Below, in pieces: positions 22,201-34,131 of a DNA stretch of 34,992 bases. The notes beneath the pieces were generated by a model that was not told the origin of the DNA, did not search any database, and saw only the letters and a program-made list of their open reading frames with translations. The stretch is from positions 1-34,992 of the IMG/VR virus record IMGVR_UViG_3300035520_000484; one strand, 5' to 3'. The DNA comes from a virus (taxonomy: Duplodnaviria > Heunggongvirae > Uroviricota > Caudoviricetes). Each line of letters opens with the position of its first letter. Position 1 is the stretch's first letter. A program made the position numbers and the translations under genes.

Positions 22201-25200
22201 AGAACTGATGATTATCATGCTGTTGTTCAAGGGACAGATATTTCTAAAAATCAAGTACCAGATTATAAAATTCAATATAAGCGTACATTAAATGAATGGA
22301 AAGAACTTCCAGAGGAAAATTTAAGTGTTTCTTCAAATGATTTGTCATTGTATGTTAATGGTAATGAAACTGAAGGAGTGTCACCAAATATTGATTATAC
22401 TAGTCTTTTATGTTATTATGTTATCTGTATGGCGTTTGGTCTAGTAGATTCTGTTATTAAAAACTTAAATTTAAAGAGTTTTAATAAGAATATAGTTAAA
22501 ACTGCTTTCTATGATATGGATAGTTGCTTTGCATTAAATAATGCTGGTGCTTCTAATGTTGATTTCAAAGCCTTCTCTGATTATTGGCTTCCTAATATTG
22601 ATTCAGATGGTAATGTTGGAACTACAACAATTTATAGAGACTATAATCCTTCTACAGGCTTCTCAGGATACGATTTACCTTCTTCTTATTTATTTGCAAT
22701 TGCAAAATATGCTTCATCTATGACAGGATTTACTGAAACACTGTTAAGTCCTCAATAGTTATGGTATAAATGGAGAAATGAAACAACACAACTTGATGGT
22801 ACTAGAAGAAAAGGCCCTCTTTATAATGCAGATACATTTATTGAAAATTTCTATATTAACCACACTAAAGATATTGATCCATTAATATTTAATTTAAATT
22901 ATAGATTTAAATATTTTAAATTAAATCTTGATAATGGTAAATATTTATTAGACTCTCAAAGTTTTACATGTTTTAATGGTTCTCGTATTGAATATGTGAG
23001 AGATTGGGTTAATAAAAGATTACATTTTCTTGACATGTGTTTTAATCTATAGTGTGCTGCACAACCTATTATGGTGTTAGACGAAGCTACTAATGAATAC
23101 AAGAGAAAAGGTGATAATGACTATTATTTAAATACTGAGAATACGTCTACTAATTCTGATGTTATTATTAATAATGATATATTCTCTTCAGATGGTTAGG
23201 GAATAAAAAGACAATCTTATGATTTTATTGTAAGTGCCATAGATTATTCTCCCTTAGTAATTACAATAGCCGATACTTCTGATTAGTATTTATTAGAAAG
23301 TAGTGAAAATACTTATAAATTTAAACGGTCAACAACTGGATCTGTAACTACAAAATTTGGAGGTTCTTCTAATTGGACATATATAGATGATGTTGGATCA
23401 TTTGTTAATGATGAAGGAGGAACTTTATATATTAATAGTAGATATCTAGAAAACATTAAATGTTCTACTGCGTCTGTAGGAGGAATAACATTAATAACTC
23501 CTTCTGTTACAGAAATAAACTTTAGTGGAAATAGTAAAGCTACTGGAACATTAACTTTTTCTAATACTTAGAATAATGACAGTTATCCTAATTTAACTAC
23601 TATTAATATAGCTAATTCTAAACTTAATTTGACAGTTGATAAAGAGGAAGTTAAGACTATAAATATAAGTGGTGTTAATAGTAACTTCATTACTATTCAA
23701 AATTGTTCAAATATTGAGACATTAACTATGTCTAGTCCTATAACTTTAAGTTAGCAATTATCAATAGCTTATGGTAAATTAGCTATAGGAAAAAATGTTG
23801 TATTTAGTGGACATAGTATTAATCAGTACAATATAAGTATTGATGATACATTTACTAGTGGAAGTACTTTAACAATTACAAATGATCATTCTGTTACGAC
23901 AATAAATGCTTAGGGTTATGAAAAAGTATATATTCAAGAATGTTCAAATCTTAAAACTATAATTTTAGGTAGTACTGTTAAAACATTACAAATAACAGGC
24001 TGTTCTGGGAATTATACAAATAATAGAACAGCTATTACATGTGTAAGTGATGTTACTGATTCTGGAACTCCAGGTACTTTAGATTTATCTAAATTAACAA
24101 ATTTAGAAAGTTTATTATTAACTAGTACTGTAGGATTTGATACAGTAAAATTACCAAATAAAGTAGTATACTTAGAACAAAGCTGTTTTGAAAATACTTA
24201 TTTAGAGTATTTAGATGGTGGTATTCCTACTATTAATGGAATTAGAGTATTTTGTAATGCACCTTATTATGCATTATACCAATCTAATGGAGATTATTCT
24301 AATCTTAAAACGAATACTAGTAAATTGAATTATACTTTCTATAATAGCTTATCTAATTATACAGTTTGGGAAACAACTTAGGTCTAGTATTTTTTAGATA
24401 GATGTATTACTGATAAGAGTGCTATAACTGATATTGATTATTTATTTAGAAATAGAGGTATTAAATATCCTTTAAAAGAAGCTCTAGCAGATAAAGATTA
24501 GGAAGAAACTAGTGCTATTCAATTTAAAGGATTTACAAATATACAAAATGCTAGAAGAGTTTTTGAAGCAAATCCTATTGAATATTGGAATCCTTATATG
24601 TTTGCTGATGATTTCGGTTAGAATGAGTCATCTTATGATATAGATGGATTTCTACGAGATACTACTACTACATCTGTTCCACCATACTCTATAACGTATG
24701 ATTCTTATAAAACAATAGCAAATAAGGTTACAATACTTTCTGGAGGTGGGAATATTAATGATGTGTTTAATTTTTAGTCTATAAAAGTTGTAGATACTGT
24801 AGGTAATCAAATTACTGATGTAGAATTAAGTAAAATATTTGATTATTCTTTTGATCAATTATAGACTTTACGTAATTTTACAATAGCTTGTAATACACTT
24901 GACTTTGAGAATGCATTTATTAATACTCCCAATATTACAACCTTATATAATGTATTTAGAGGTAATCCTATTGCTGTTAATTTTGATAAAGCTTTATATC
25001 CATTAACAAAATTAATAACAATTTCAGGCTATAGTTTCTTAATAAATAATATATCTGAAGCTGTTGATTTATTTACTTGGATTAATTGGGAGCAATTCTT
25101 TAAGAATGGAGGAATAGTTCATGATATACGAACTAATGCTAGTAGTTCTGTACAAGAATACTTAACATTTCCTAGAAAAATAACAAGAGAGGATTATTTA

Positions 25201-26709
25201 AAATTATGGAATTTAATTTTTTATTATCATCCAAGTTCTATTAATCACTTATTCTATAATTGTACTTTATTAGATAGTTATGATGCTTCTTTACCTGAGG
25301 GTACTAGTGATGTTACTACCAATTTAATTTAGTTATTTGATGGATTTAAGAGTAGTCTAGACTAGCCTATTGAATTTGATTTATAGTTCTTTAATAAGCT
25401 TACTGGTAATACAATATATATGTATAAAGGTTTTGCTAATACTAAATGGGCTAATGCAATTCCTTTTGACTTTTTCAAAGCTAGACAAGAAAGTAGAACT
25501 CAAGTTATAGTTGATGATGGTACGGATCTTGGTGAAGAAGTTACATTAATTGAATATACTTATAAAAATAAGACTATAAATATTCCATATTGTTGGTATA
25601 ATTGTACTTTTGCTTCTGGATAGAATTATTTTTAGGATGAAGATTCTGTTACTCCTAATAGAATTGTTGATACAGAAACAGGAAAGGTTTTAGATTACAC
25701 TACTTATACATTAAATGGTGTAAAAAAGAGTCTTTAGCAGAACACAGAATATTCTGATGTATAGAGAGCCTTAAAAACTAAATGTGAGATAGGTTCAGGT
25801 AGAAATAATCGTTTATCTATTTCAGAACCTAAACTTTTTGTAAGTCCTGACATATTATATAATTCTTCATAGAATGGAACTAGTGGATGGACTAATGATG
25901 GGATTTTTGGTAATTCTAATTTACAAGGTTTAATTCCTTGGAATATGAATAAGAATACAAAAAGTAACTCTTTTACAGGAATATTTAGAGATTTAGATAT
26001 AATACCTTATCAAATCTATTCTTTTGGAGATGACTCTGATAATGGAGTTTTCTAGTTTGTTCCTGATAATTTTACTACTGTAACTACTTTATCAGGTGCT
26101 TTTAATTTTAAAATGCGAGTTCCCGCATATTCTTCAGGTTCAGATTATAATTCTATTTATTTAGTTTGTTCTACAAAATCAATAGGTAATATTACTTCTC
26201 TTTCTGAAGGTATGCCTAATGCAGAATTATCTCATGATTTATTTAGTCATGATGAAAATGGTAATGGTTTAACCTATCATACTAAAGTAATTGCTTTATA
26301 TAATTTCATGGGTGAAATTAATATTAAAACAAATAATACATATGAAATACAATATGGTATTCCTAAAAATAAATTAAGTAATGATTCTGCTTACTCAAAT
26401 CTATTTGATACTCATGTAATGGCTATAACTTGTGGAGAATTAGTTAGAGATATAACAATAACAAGTACATTCCCTAATTTAGCTAATAATGGATATATGA
26501 CTAAAGTTGGATTTGGAAATAGTAGTTCTTATGTTGGAGAATTTATAAAACTTCCAAAAATGACTTCGTTAAATTCTAAATTCATGAGTGTAGATGTTAA
26601 TACTGGTACTTTAAATATTTCTTCAAATCAATTAGTAAGTTCTGATAATACAACAAAATCTATTTATAATTAGATTTCTCCTAATAAAGTAATAGTATCT
26701 GATAACTAA
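19264..26709 (+). CDS. Giant protein with central CotH-like kinase domain and C-terminal LRR-like solenoid (2481 aa, TAG=Gln)
   Basis: Six track ORFs share this frame; ATGA overlap with the upstream gene. Motifs FQGSST..PGKN, FNLKADSVDSSHTNN, LEGFPV, LGIYNFNLGR, FGLVDSVIKN, FYDMDSCF. Later repeats of the type YPNLTTINIANSKL and DLSKLTNLESL. Confidence 0.75.
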
Positions 26710-26719
26710 AAAATAAATA

Positions 26720-29173
26720 ATGAATAAAAACGTTTCAGTATGGAGGGGTGATAATACCCCTCCTTCTAATTATCATTTATGGATCAAATCTGATGGAAGT
26801 CAGTGGAACTATAATAATGGAGTCTGGGAAAATTTCTTAGATACCTAGTTAAAAACCGCTACATCTAAATCAGATGGACTCTTATCGAAAGAAGATAAAG
26901 TTTAGTTAGATGAATTAAATAATAATTTAAATACTAAAGTTGATAAAGTTGAAAATAAATCATTAGTAGATGATTCTGAAATAATTAAATTATAGAATCT
27001 TCCTAATGTTGATCAACTTTCAGACCTTATAAGTACGGCACAATCTTCTGGAGATAATGCCTAGGCTGATTTAGATAAACATATACAAAATACTGCTAAT
27101 CCTCATAACGTTACTAAAGAACAAATTGGTTTAGATAATGTAACTAATGATTCTCAAGTTAAACGCTCTGAAATGGGTTAGCCTTATGGTGTAGCTACAC
27201 TTGATTCAACTGGATTAGTGCCTGCATCATAGTTACCTGCATACGTAGATGATGTACTAGAATTTGTTAGTGTTTCTAACTTCCCTGAAGTTGGAGAGTC
27301 TGACAAGATTTATGTATCTAAAGATACTAATTTAACCTATCGTTGGAGTGGTACAGGCTATATAGAAATTAGCCAATCTTTAGCTCTTGGAGAAACCTCT
27401 TCAACAGCTTATCCTGGTGATAAAGGTAAAGCTTTAAGTGAATCTAATGCTAAACACACAGAATCATTAAATAATATTCTTGAAACTATACCTGAGATTT
27501 ATGTACGGTCAGTAAGTGCTAAAACAGACGGAAGTCTAAAAATAAGTAATGTTACTATTACAAATACTGACGGAGTATTATCTAAAACAAATAGAGATAC
27601 TTTTGTACAACTTCCTGAAGCTAGTTCCTCTAATAAAGGAATCATGTCTATTTGGTAGTATAATAAATTAAATGCTTTAAATAAAGAATTTATTGAAATA
27701 TTAGATGATTCTTAGAATGACACTGAATATCGTGTTAATATAAAATTTTTAGCATTTGATGATGAAGCAAAGACTTCATACTATGAAATTCATAGTGTAA
27801 CAATTCCGGCAGCTACTGAAAGTAATGTAGGTGTAATGACACCTACTCAAGTAAAATAGCTTGCGGATAATGCTACTAAATTAGAATCTATTGAAGTACA
27901 ATCAGGAGCAATTGATTCATTTATTAGTTCTCTTTCTAGACAATTCTATGATAAAGATATTAGAATAGTCTATAATGTTAAAACATATGATTAGGATTCT
28001 AAAAGTTGGACTGATAAAGAACAATATGTAACTATCCCTCACGCTAGTAATAATACTGGAGGTATTTTATCAACTGAAGATAAAAAGCGTCTTGATGGTC
28101 TTGATGTTCTAAATACAGATTTTTAGTTTAATACAAATGATGATGGTGTAGCATTATCGTTTACTACTAAAACATTTAATGCTAATACTTGGGAAGTTAA
28201 TAGTGATAATACTATTCAAATTCCTTATGCATCTGATTCAACATCAGGTATAATATCTTCTGGACAATATAATAAACTAGATAAGATTTCTAGCATGGTA
28301 GTTGGTATTTAGGATAGGAGAGATGGCACAGAAAACTATTATCTTGACTCATACACTACTACATATACAAATGATAGTGATCCTACTACTGTTAGAAATA
28401 CAATTACTCTTTCTCCTGCTTATTATAATTCTACTGCTACAAAAATCTATGCATTTAATGGATTATTAACTGGTATTGATAAATATACTTTTGATAAGAT
28501 AAAAGGAAGTCATTTTGCTGGATTAAGTTCTATTTATGATACTGATAATATTGAAATTTCACAATCTTGGGAAGATTATAGTAACATAAGTACAACCGCT
28601 TCTAAAGTTGAAGATTTAGGGAAACCTACAACAACTACTACTTCCATTATTCTTGATGCAGCTACTTCCAAAACCGCAGGTGTTATGACTGCTAAAGCCT
28701 ATAATGCTCTTTCAGAGATGGCTTAGAATTATTTATCTGATCTATCATTAGAATATGATTCTACTAAAGTACACCTTGTTCCAACTTGGATAGATTATTG
28801 GGAAGATTAGGAATCAGTACCTGCAGTTCCTTTGTCAGATGGTTTATCTACTGGGACAATTTCTATAGATGCTGCTACTGCGACTACAGCAGGAGTTATG
28901 ACAGCAAATCAATATTCTAAATTAACTGGATTTGCTAATAGTGTTAATGATACTCCTTATTTATCATCTGCAAAATTAAAAGTAGAAGATGAAAGAGTGG
29001 CTCTTTATTTAGAAGGTAGATATTTTGATTCAACAAGTTCCGCTTGGAAAACAACAACTGGATATACTACAATACCTCTTGCATCTGAGACTTCATTAGG
29101 TTTGATGAGTAAAGAAGATAAAACCAACTTAGATAGTCTTATAGACGAATTAGATTGGTACTGGGATGAATAA
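26720..29173 (+). CDS. Tail fibre-like protein with repeated ATxxxxGxMS..DKxKLD modules (817 aa, TAG=Gln)
   Basis: NPHNVTKEQIGLDNV, GVATLDSTGLVPASQLPAYVDDVLE and LALGETSSTAYPGDKG are typical phage fibre segments. About nine copies of the A(T/S)xxxxG(V/L/I)(M/L)(S/T) motif. Confidence 0.75.
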
Positions 29174-29177
29174 GTGA

Positions 29178-29214
29178 GAGAGATTTTGAGTTGTGGTTAT
29201 CTCTAATCTCTTTT
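29178..29214 (+). terminator. Possible intrinsic terminator or hairpin
   Basis: GAGAGATT..GAG-loop-CTC.AATCTCTT followed by a short T run, in the intergenic gap after the fibre gene. The stem is imperfect. Confidence 0.4.
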
Positions 29215-29234
29215 AAATAAAATTTTATAACGAT

Positions 29235-32200
29235 ATGGCAATAAATAAAAAATTTATTCGTTTTAAAACTCTAAAAAATTATCTGGACAATAAAGATTAG
29301 ATACTTCCTAAAAGTATTGTCTTTGTTTCAGAAGCCAATGCCATTTATTTAAATGGTGAAGAATTTAGTACAAATAGTTTATTTAACTTAGAAGATTTAC
29401 TCTCATCTAAATTAGGAGTAGATCTTACTTCAACAGATACTACTAATTAGGCAATAGTTAAATTATATAATCTTATTCAGTAGTTAACTGAAGCAAAAGA
29501 GTTGACTAGAGAAGAAGTATTAAATTTAATTGATACTAACGCTTTAATTACAGGTAAATCATATTTAATAACTGATTATAAAACTGTAGTATCTGGAGAC
29601 TCTATCCAAAGTGTAGATCTTGGAGATAATTTGTTATATGTTACAGCTTTATCTTCAAATACTTTAGATGTTAATGCTAAATATATTGTAGACGGGAATG
29701 TTTATGATTGTAAATATACTATCTATAATGACATTAATACCTATGATTGGGCAAGTGAAAATGGATATGGAGTTATTTATCAGTTAACTGATGAATATGA
29801 AAATACTTTACCTTATGATTTCTTTTCTATACAATTTAAGTCTGGAGATGAATATAAATATACTTTTGATTGCTATGGAGAAAACTATTTATATTCTGGT
29901 AATGTTTTTAATGTTACTATTAAACCATATACTGTAGATAAAAAACAATATTTAAATAATATTCTATTTGATATTGATGATACAAGTAGCACTGTCTCAG
30001 GTATATTTATTGATTATAATTGCCATGATATTGTTTTTAAAGAAAATACTACTAATGTCTCTATTGGTTAGAATGGCTATGATTTTAGCTTTGGTAAGGT
30101 ATTAAATAACTTAAAAATTGGAAATGATTGCTATACGGTCACATTAAACAATTCATGTAATGATATTGAAATTGACTCAAATAGCTATAATATAAATATA
30201 AGCACAGGATGTCATCATGTTTATTTAAATGAATTATGTAGTAATATTAATTTAAATGGATTTAATTATGACATTCATATTACAAAATCTAATAATGTTA
30301 CAATAAAAAATGGTTCATATTCTGTAACTTTGTCTAAGGACTGTAATGATAGCACTATCTCTGCTAATAAAGTTACTTTAGGAGCGGAATGTTATGGATG
30401 TAATATTACTGGATACGATATTGTACTAGAACATGGTTCCGATAGTGTAACTATTAAATCTGGTGGTTATATAACTCTTGGAGTAGATAGTTTTAATACA
30501 ACTATTGGAAGTGATTGTTATTATATTACTTTGCAAAATGGTTGTGTAGGAGATACTATTGGTGACGGATGTTCTGGTGTTATCCTTGAAAATAATGTAC
30601 GTTCTTCTAAAATAGGAAATAATTGTTCAAGTATTACTATTGGATAGAATAGTAATGGTGTAACAATCCCTGATTATTCTAATCAAATTATTCTTGAATA
30701 GAATACTATCAACACAACTTTTACAGTTTCAGATGAAACTGGATATAATCATTTTGAAAATTCTAAAGTTCGTTCCGGAGTATAGGGTAAGACAGTTTAT
30801 CCTATAACTTACAACACTTCTGAAATTCCTGTTGAATATGGTAATAACTCAGAAGGGGATTTAGTTGTATATTATCCATGTGACTTAACCGCTGCTATTC
30901 CTAATGATATTTTAACTGAAAATAATGGATGTAAATTAACTTCTGATGAAATTCGTGAAGCATTAAAGACTGCTTCATTAGGATATACAGATGAGGAAAT
31001 TGAAGAAATTATTGAAGATGTTCCTAATCTAACTTAGGCTAATATAGACTATGCAAAAAGTATATTAGATAGTTGGGATCCAAGCACAACTTCATTTTCT
31101 ACGATTTTTAAAAATGATACAAAATTAGTAATTTTACCAAAGATAGATACTAGTAATTTAACTAGTTTAGGAAACGGATTCTTTGGATGTACTAACTTTA
31201 GATATATTCCATTCCTTGATTTTTCTAAGGTGTAGAATCTGACAGACTACGGGCCTTTCTATAATTGTAAATTACGTAGACTTCCTGCTTTCCATTTTGA
31301 TAAGTTTACAGGATGGAATAAAAACAGTTTATTTGCAAAAATGCCTTATCTAGAAATTGTTAAAGGAAGAACGGATATTTTAGTAGATGGAACCGCAGCT
31401 CCTGAAGGTAATACTGAAGAAGTATTATGGTTACCTTATCAATCTTGGCTTATTAATTGGTTTAGTGGTTGTAGCAGACTTAAAAGTATACCTAAATTAG
31501 CTTCTAAAGGATTTTATGTCTCAATAGCTTCTGCATTTGAAAGTACTGCTATTTCTTATTAGCCCATTACGGAATTACCCGATAGTATAACTGATGCTAA
31601 CCAAATATTAGCAGGTGGACTTTCTGGGGATTGTAGTGATATCACAATTTCAGGTAACAAAGTAACTGGATTAAAAAAACCAATATTTACAGGCATAACC
31701 AAATCACCAAAATTCAATTTTCCTAATTTAACATCTTTATCTTGGATGATAAGTTGGCAAGGAGGGGGAGAGTTAAGTGACTTATCTAATTTAACACCTA
31801 CTAATGTAGACCATATGTTTATAGGTTGTACAGTAGAAAAAGTCTTAGGACTTAACTTTGAGAAGGTCACTACAGGAGATCCTGCAAGTTATTATTATGG
31901 ATAGGTGTCGTCTACTCCTTATGTAAACATTATTAACTTAGGAAAAAGTTCTAAAACTAGCTATGATTTTGTAGATTTATATCAATGGGGATGTTTAAAT
32001 GATGAGAATCTACAATCATTAGTTGATAGTTTAATTACTAATTCTTATGACAGAGCTGCTAACGGAATGAGTGCTTGTACATTATCATTATCAAAATGGT
32101 CAGTAGAAGCCTTAACTGCAGCATAGAGACAAGCAATAAAAGATAAGGGATTTACCATTATTGCTTATGATTTAGATAGAAATGCAGTAGATACTTATAC

Positions 32201-32483
32201 TAAAACTAATTCTAAGTCAACTTATAGATCAAGAACAAGACAAGCAGATACAAACATCACTGCGGACGACGGATATGTATTTACACAAGCGGAAGAACCG
32301 TCTGAAGGAGATTCGAGAGTTTATGCAAAATATATTTCATTAGCTTGCAATGATAGTATAGATAACTGGAAATAGATCCCTGAATCAGAAGTTCCAGATA
32401 AACCTACATTAACTAATGAAGAATTACAAGAATTAAAAAATAAAATTCTGAATGATTCTATAAACAACAAGCCAAATGAATAA
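29235..32483 (+). CDS. Tail fibre/spike, candidate receptor-binding protein: beta-helix repeats + DUF285/BspA-like LRR region (1082 aa, TAG=Gln)
   Basis: Four track ORFs share this frame. Repeats of type IGSDCYYITL/IGNNCSSITI, then LPKIDTSNLTS...GCTN, and the ending QSLVDSLITNSYDRAANG...AIKDKGFTI. Confidence 0.75.
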
Positions 32484-32682
32484 TGGTCATCTACCAGAAC
32501 TAAAAGATAAATTAAAATAGTTAGATACTATTCGAGATGATATTATCAATAGTTTAGCTTATGATAAACTATCTGAATCTGAAAAAGATGATTTGGCATC
32601 TAGACTAAATTTTACATTGGAATACAACTCTGACTCTAATACCTTGAATATAATTAGTAAAAACTATGATACTACTAATTGA
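32476..32682 (+). CDS. Small hypothetical protein (68 aa, TAG=Gln)
   Basis: ATG 32476 to TGA 32680-32682, one TAG; overlaps both neighbours. Confidence 0.6.
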
Positions 32683-32878
32683 TAATACCAATGAGAACAA
32701 GTTGAACATTCAATTTAATGGGGTAAATTTAGATGTTCTAAAATTCGTAGATCATATTGTATGGACTAGGGATAGTCCGTCAATTGAGTTATCAACAGAA
32801 TATGTATTTTTAAATGAATGCAATAATAATACAGCAGATGTTGATATTTTCTCCAACGTTGATTGGAGTTTAAATTAA
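32666..32878 (+). CDS. Small protein ending in a partial BACON-like segment
   Basis: Track ORF; C-terminus IELSTEYVFL...VDIFSNVDWSLN. Confidence 0.6.
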   Translation: MILLIDNTNENKLNIQFNGVNLDVLKFVDHIVWTRDSPSIELSTEYVFLNECNNNTADVDIFSNVDWSLN

Positions 32879-32916
32879 TAATTTATTTCATCACAACTTT
32901 TTAAAATTTTCATCAC

Positions 32917-33531
32917 ATGGCAAAAGCAAGTTGGTTGACTACTAACCCCACTTCGGGCAGTGGTAACAAAACGATTTCAAACACGGGTTCAGTCCATACT
33001 GGTCGTGAAACCCGTAGTACAACAGTAACAGTAACAGCGGTTGGTGTATCTAGTCCTGTTACTTATGCAGTAACTTAGGAAGCTAAGCCTGAATATGTAT
33101 CATTTGATAATGGTACTGAAATGGCGGCTGATAAAACCGCGGGCAAAGTCACTATTACTGGTAAAACTAATTCTAAGTCTTTAACTTTCGCATTTGTAGG
33201 CGATTCAGTAGATGTCACTCTTCCCTCTACTTATACTGCTAGCGGCAAGTCTACATCTAATGGTGCTGCAATCACAGGAGACCCTGGTGCAAGTGCAGAG
33301 TTTGCGTTCTCAATTACTCTTGACATTCCTCTGAATGATACTATTGAAGAAATTACTAGAACTTTGAAAGTTACCCCTGCAGGTGGTACTTCATTGGCTA
33401 AGTAGATTGCTGTTAAACAGGCTGCTGGTGATGCTCGTATCAGCGTTGATCCTGAATCTATCACCTTGACTGCTGCAGGTACTGCCGTATCCGTAACTGT
33501 TAATTCTAACACTTCTTGGACTATTTCTTAA
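32917..33531 (+). CDS. BACON-domain protein (204 aa, TAG=Gln)
   Basis: SWLTTNPTSGSGN...HTGRETRSTTVTV...VTQ and C-terminal SVDPESITL...VTVNSNTSWTIS. Confidence 0.8.
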
Positions 33532-33535
33532 TGTA

Positions 33536-33859
33536 ATGGCAACAAGTACAGTAATTAATTCAAATAACACAATTAATGACTATACTGACTCAGCTTCCGT
33601 AACATTAGGCACAGTATCCTGGAATGATGGAACAAGTGATAAAATTACTATTTCACAAGGAACATCTGGTAAAGTCTACATATCTTCCTCAACTTGTGAA
33701 GGAGTTGATAGAACTAAAGTTGTTACTTTCAAGACTAGTAATAATAAAGCATCTGCTAACTTAACAGTTAATCAAACAGGTAAACGTGAAATTTTCACTA
33801 CTTCCGGAGGAGGGTTCCTACTCTCCGATGGAAGTAGTTTTAATGTATTAAAATCGTAA
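33536..33859 (+). CDS. BACON-like small protein
   Basis: Track ORF; WNDG...CEGVDRTKVVTFKT...LTVNQTGKRE. Confidence 0.65.
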   Translation: MATSTVINSNNTINDYTDSASVTLGTVSWNDGTSDKITISQGTSGKVYISSSTCEGVDRTKVVTFKTSNNKASANLTVNQTGKREIFTTSGGGFLLSDGSSFNVLKS

Positions 33860-33861
33860 TT

Positions 33862-34131
33862 ATGGCATATAATTCATCTTATACTGGAGCAGAAGTTGAA
33901 GAGATATTAGGATAGGTAGCTGATAAAGCAGATTCGTCCAATGTGTATACTAAATCGTAGGCAACTTCAACTTTTTATACTAAAACTCTTGCAAATAGTA
34001 CATTTTGTACTTTACAATAGGTTAAAAATTTAGGTTATTCTCCAATTTATACTTGTACATAGAAAGAATATGATGAGATGCTTGATGATGGTGAGATTGA
34101 GGACGATGCTATTTATATAATTACAAGCTAA
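33862..34131 (+). CDS. Small tail-fibre-associated protein (89 aa, TAG=Gln)
   Basis: MAYNSSYTGAEVEEIL...KADSSNVYTKSQ...TQKEYDEML...DAIYII; TAATG coupling to the next gene. Confidence 0.7.

Noticed and set aside
31100-32000. Possible DGR variable region in the receptor-binding gene
   Set aside because: No template repeat or reverse transcriptase is visible in the window, so it cannot be supported here.
3613-33512. Minus-strand track ORFs (3613-3807, 4723-5004, 5493-5696, 6918-7106, 7127-7345, 9933-10139, 11150-11347, 17585-17827, 19632-19826, 20541-20762, 31559-31870, 33231-33512) and plus-strand 22541-22723
   Set aside because: They are shadows of longer, motif-bearing genes and show no recognisable features.
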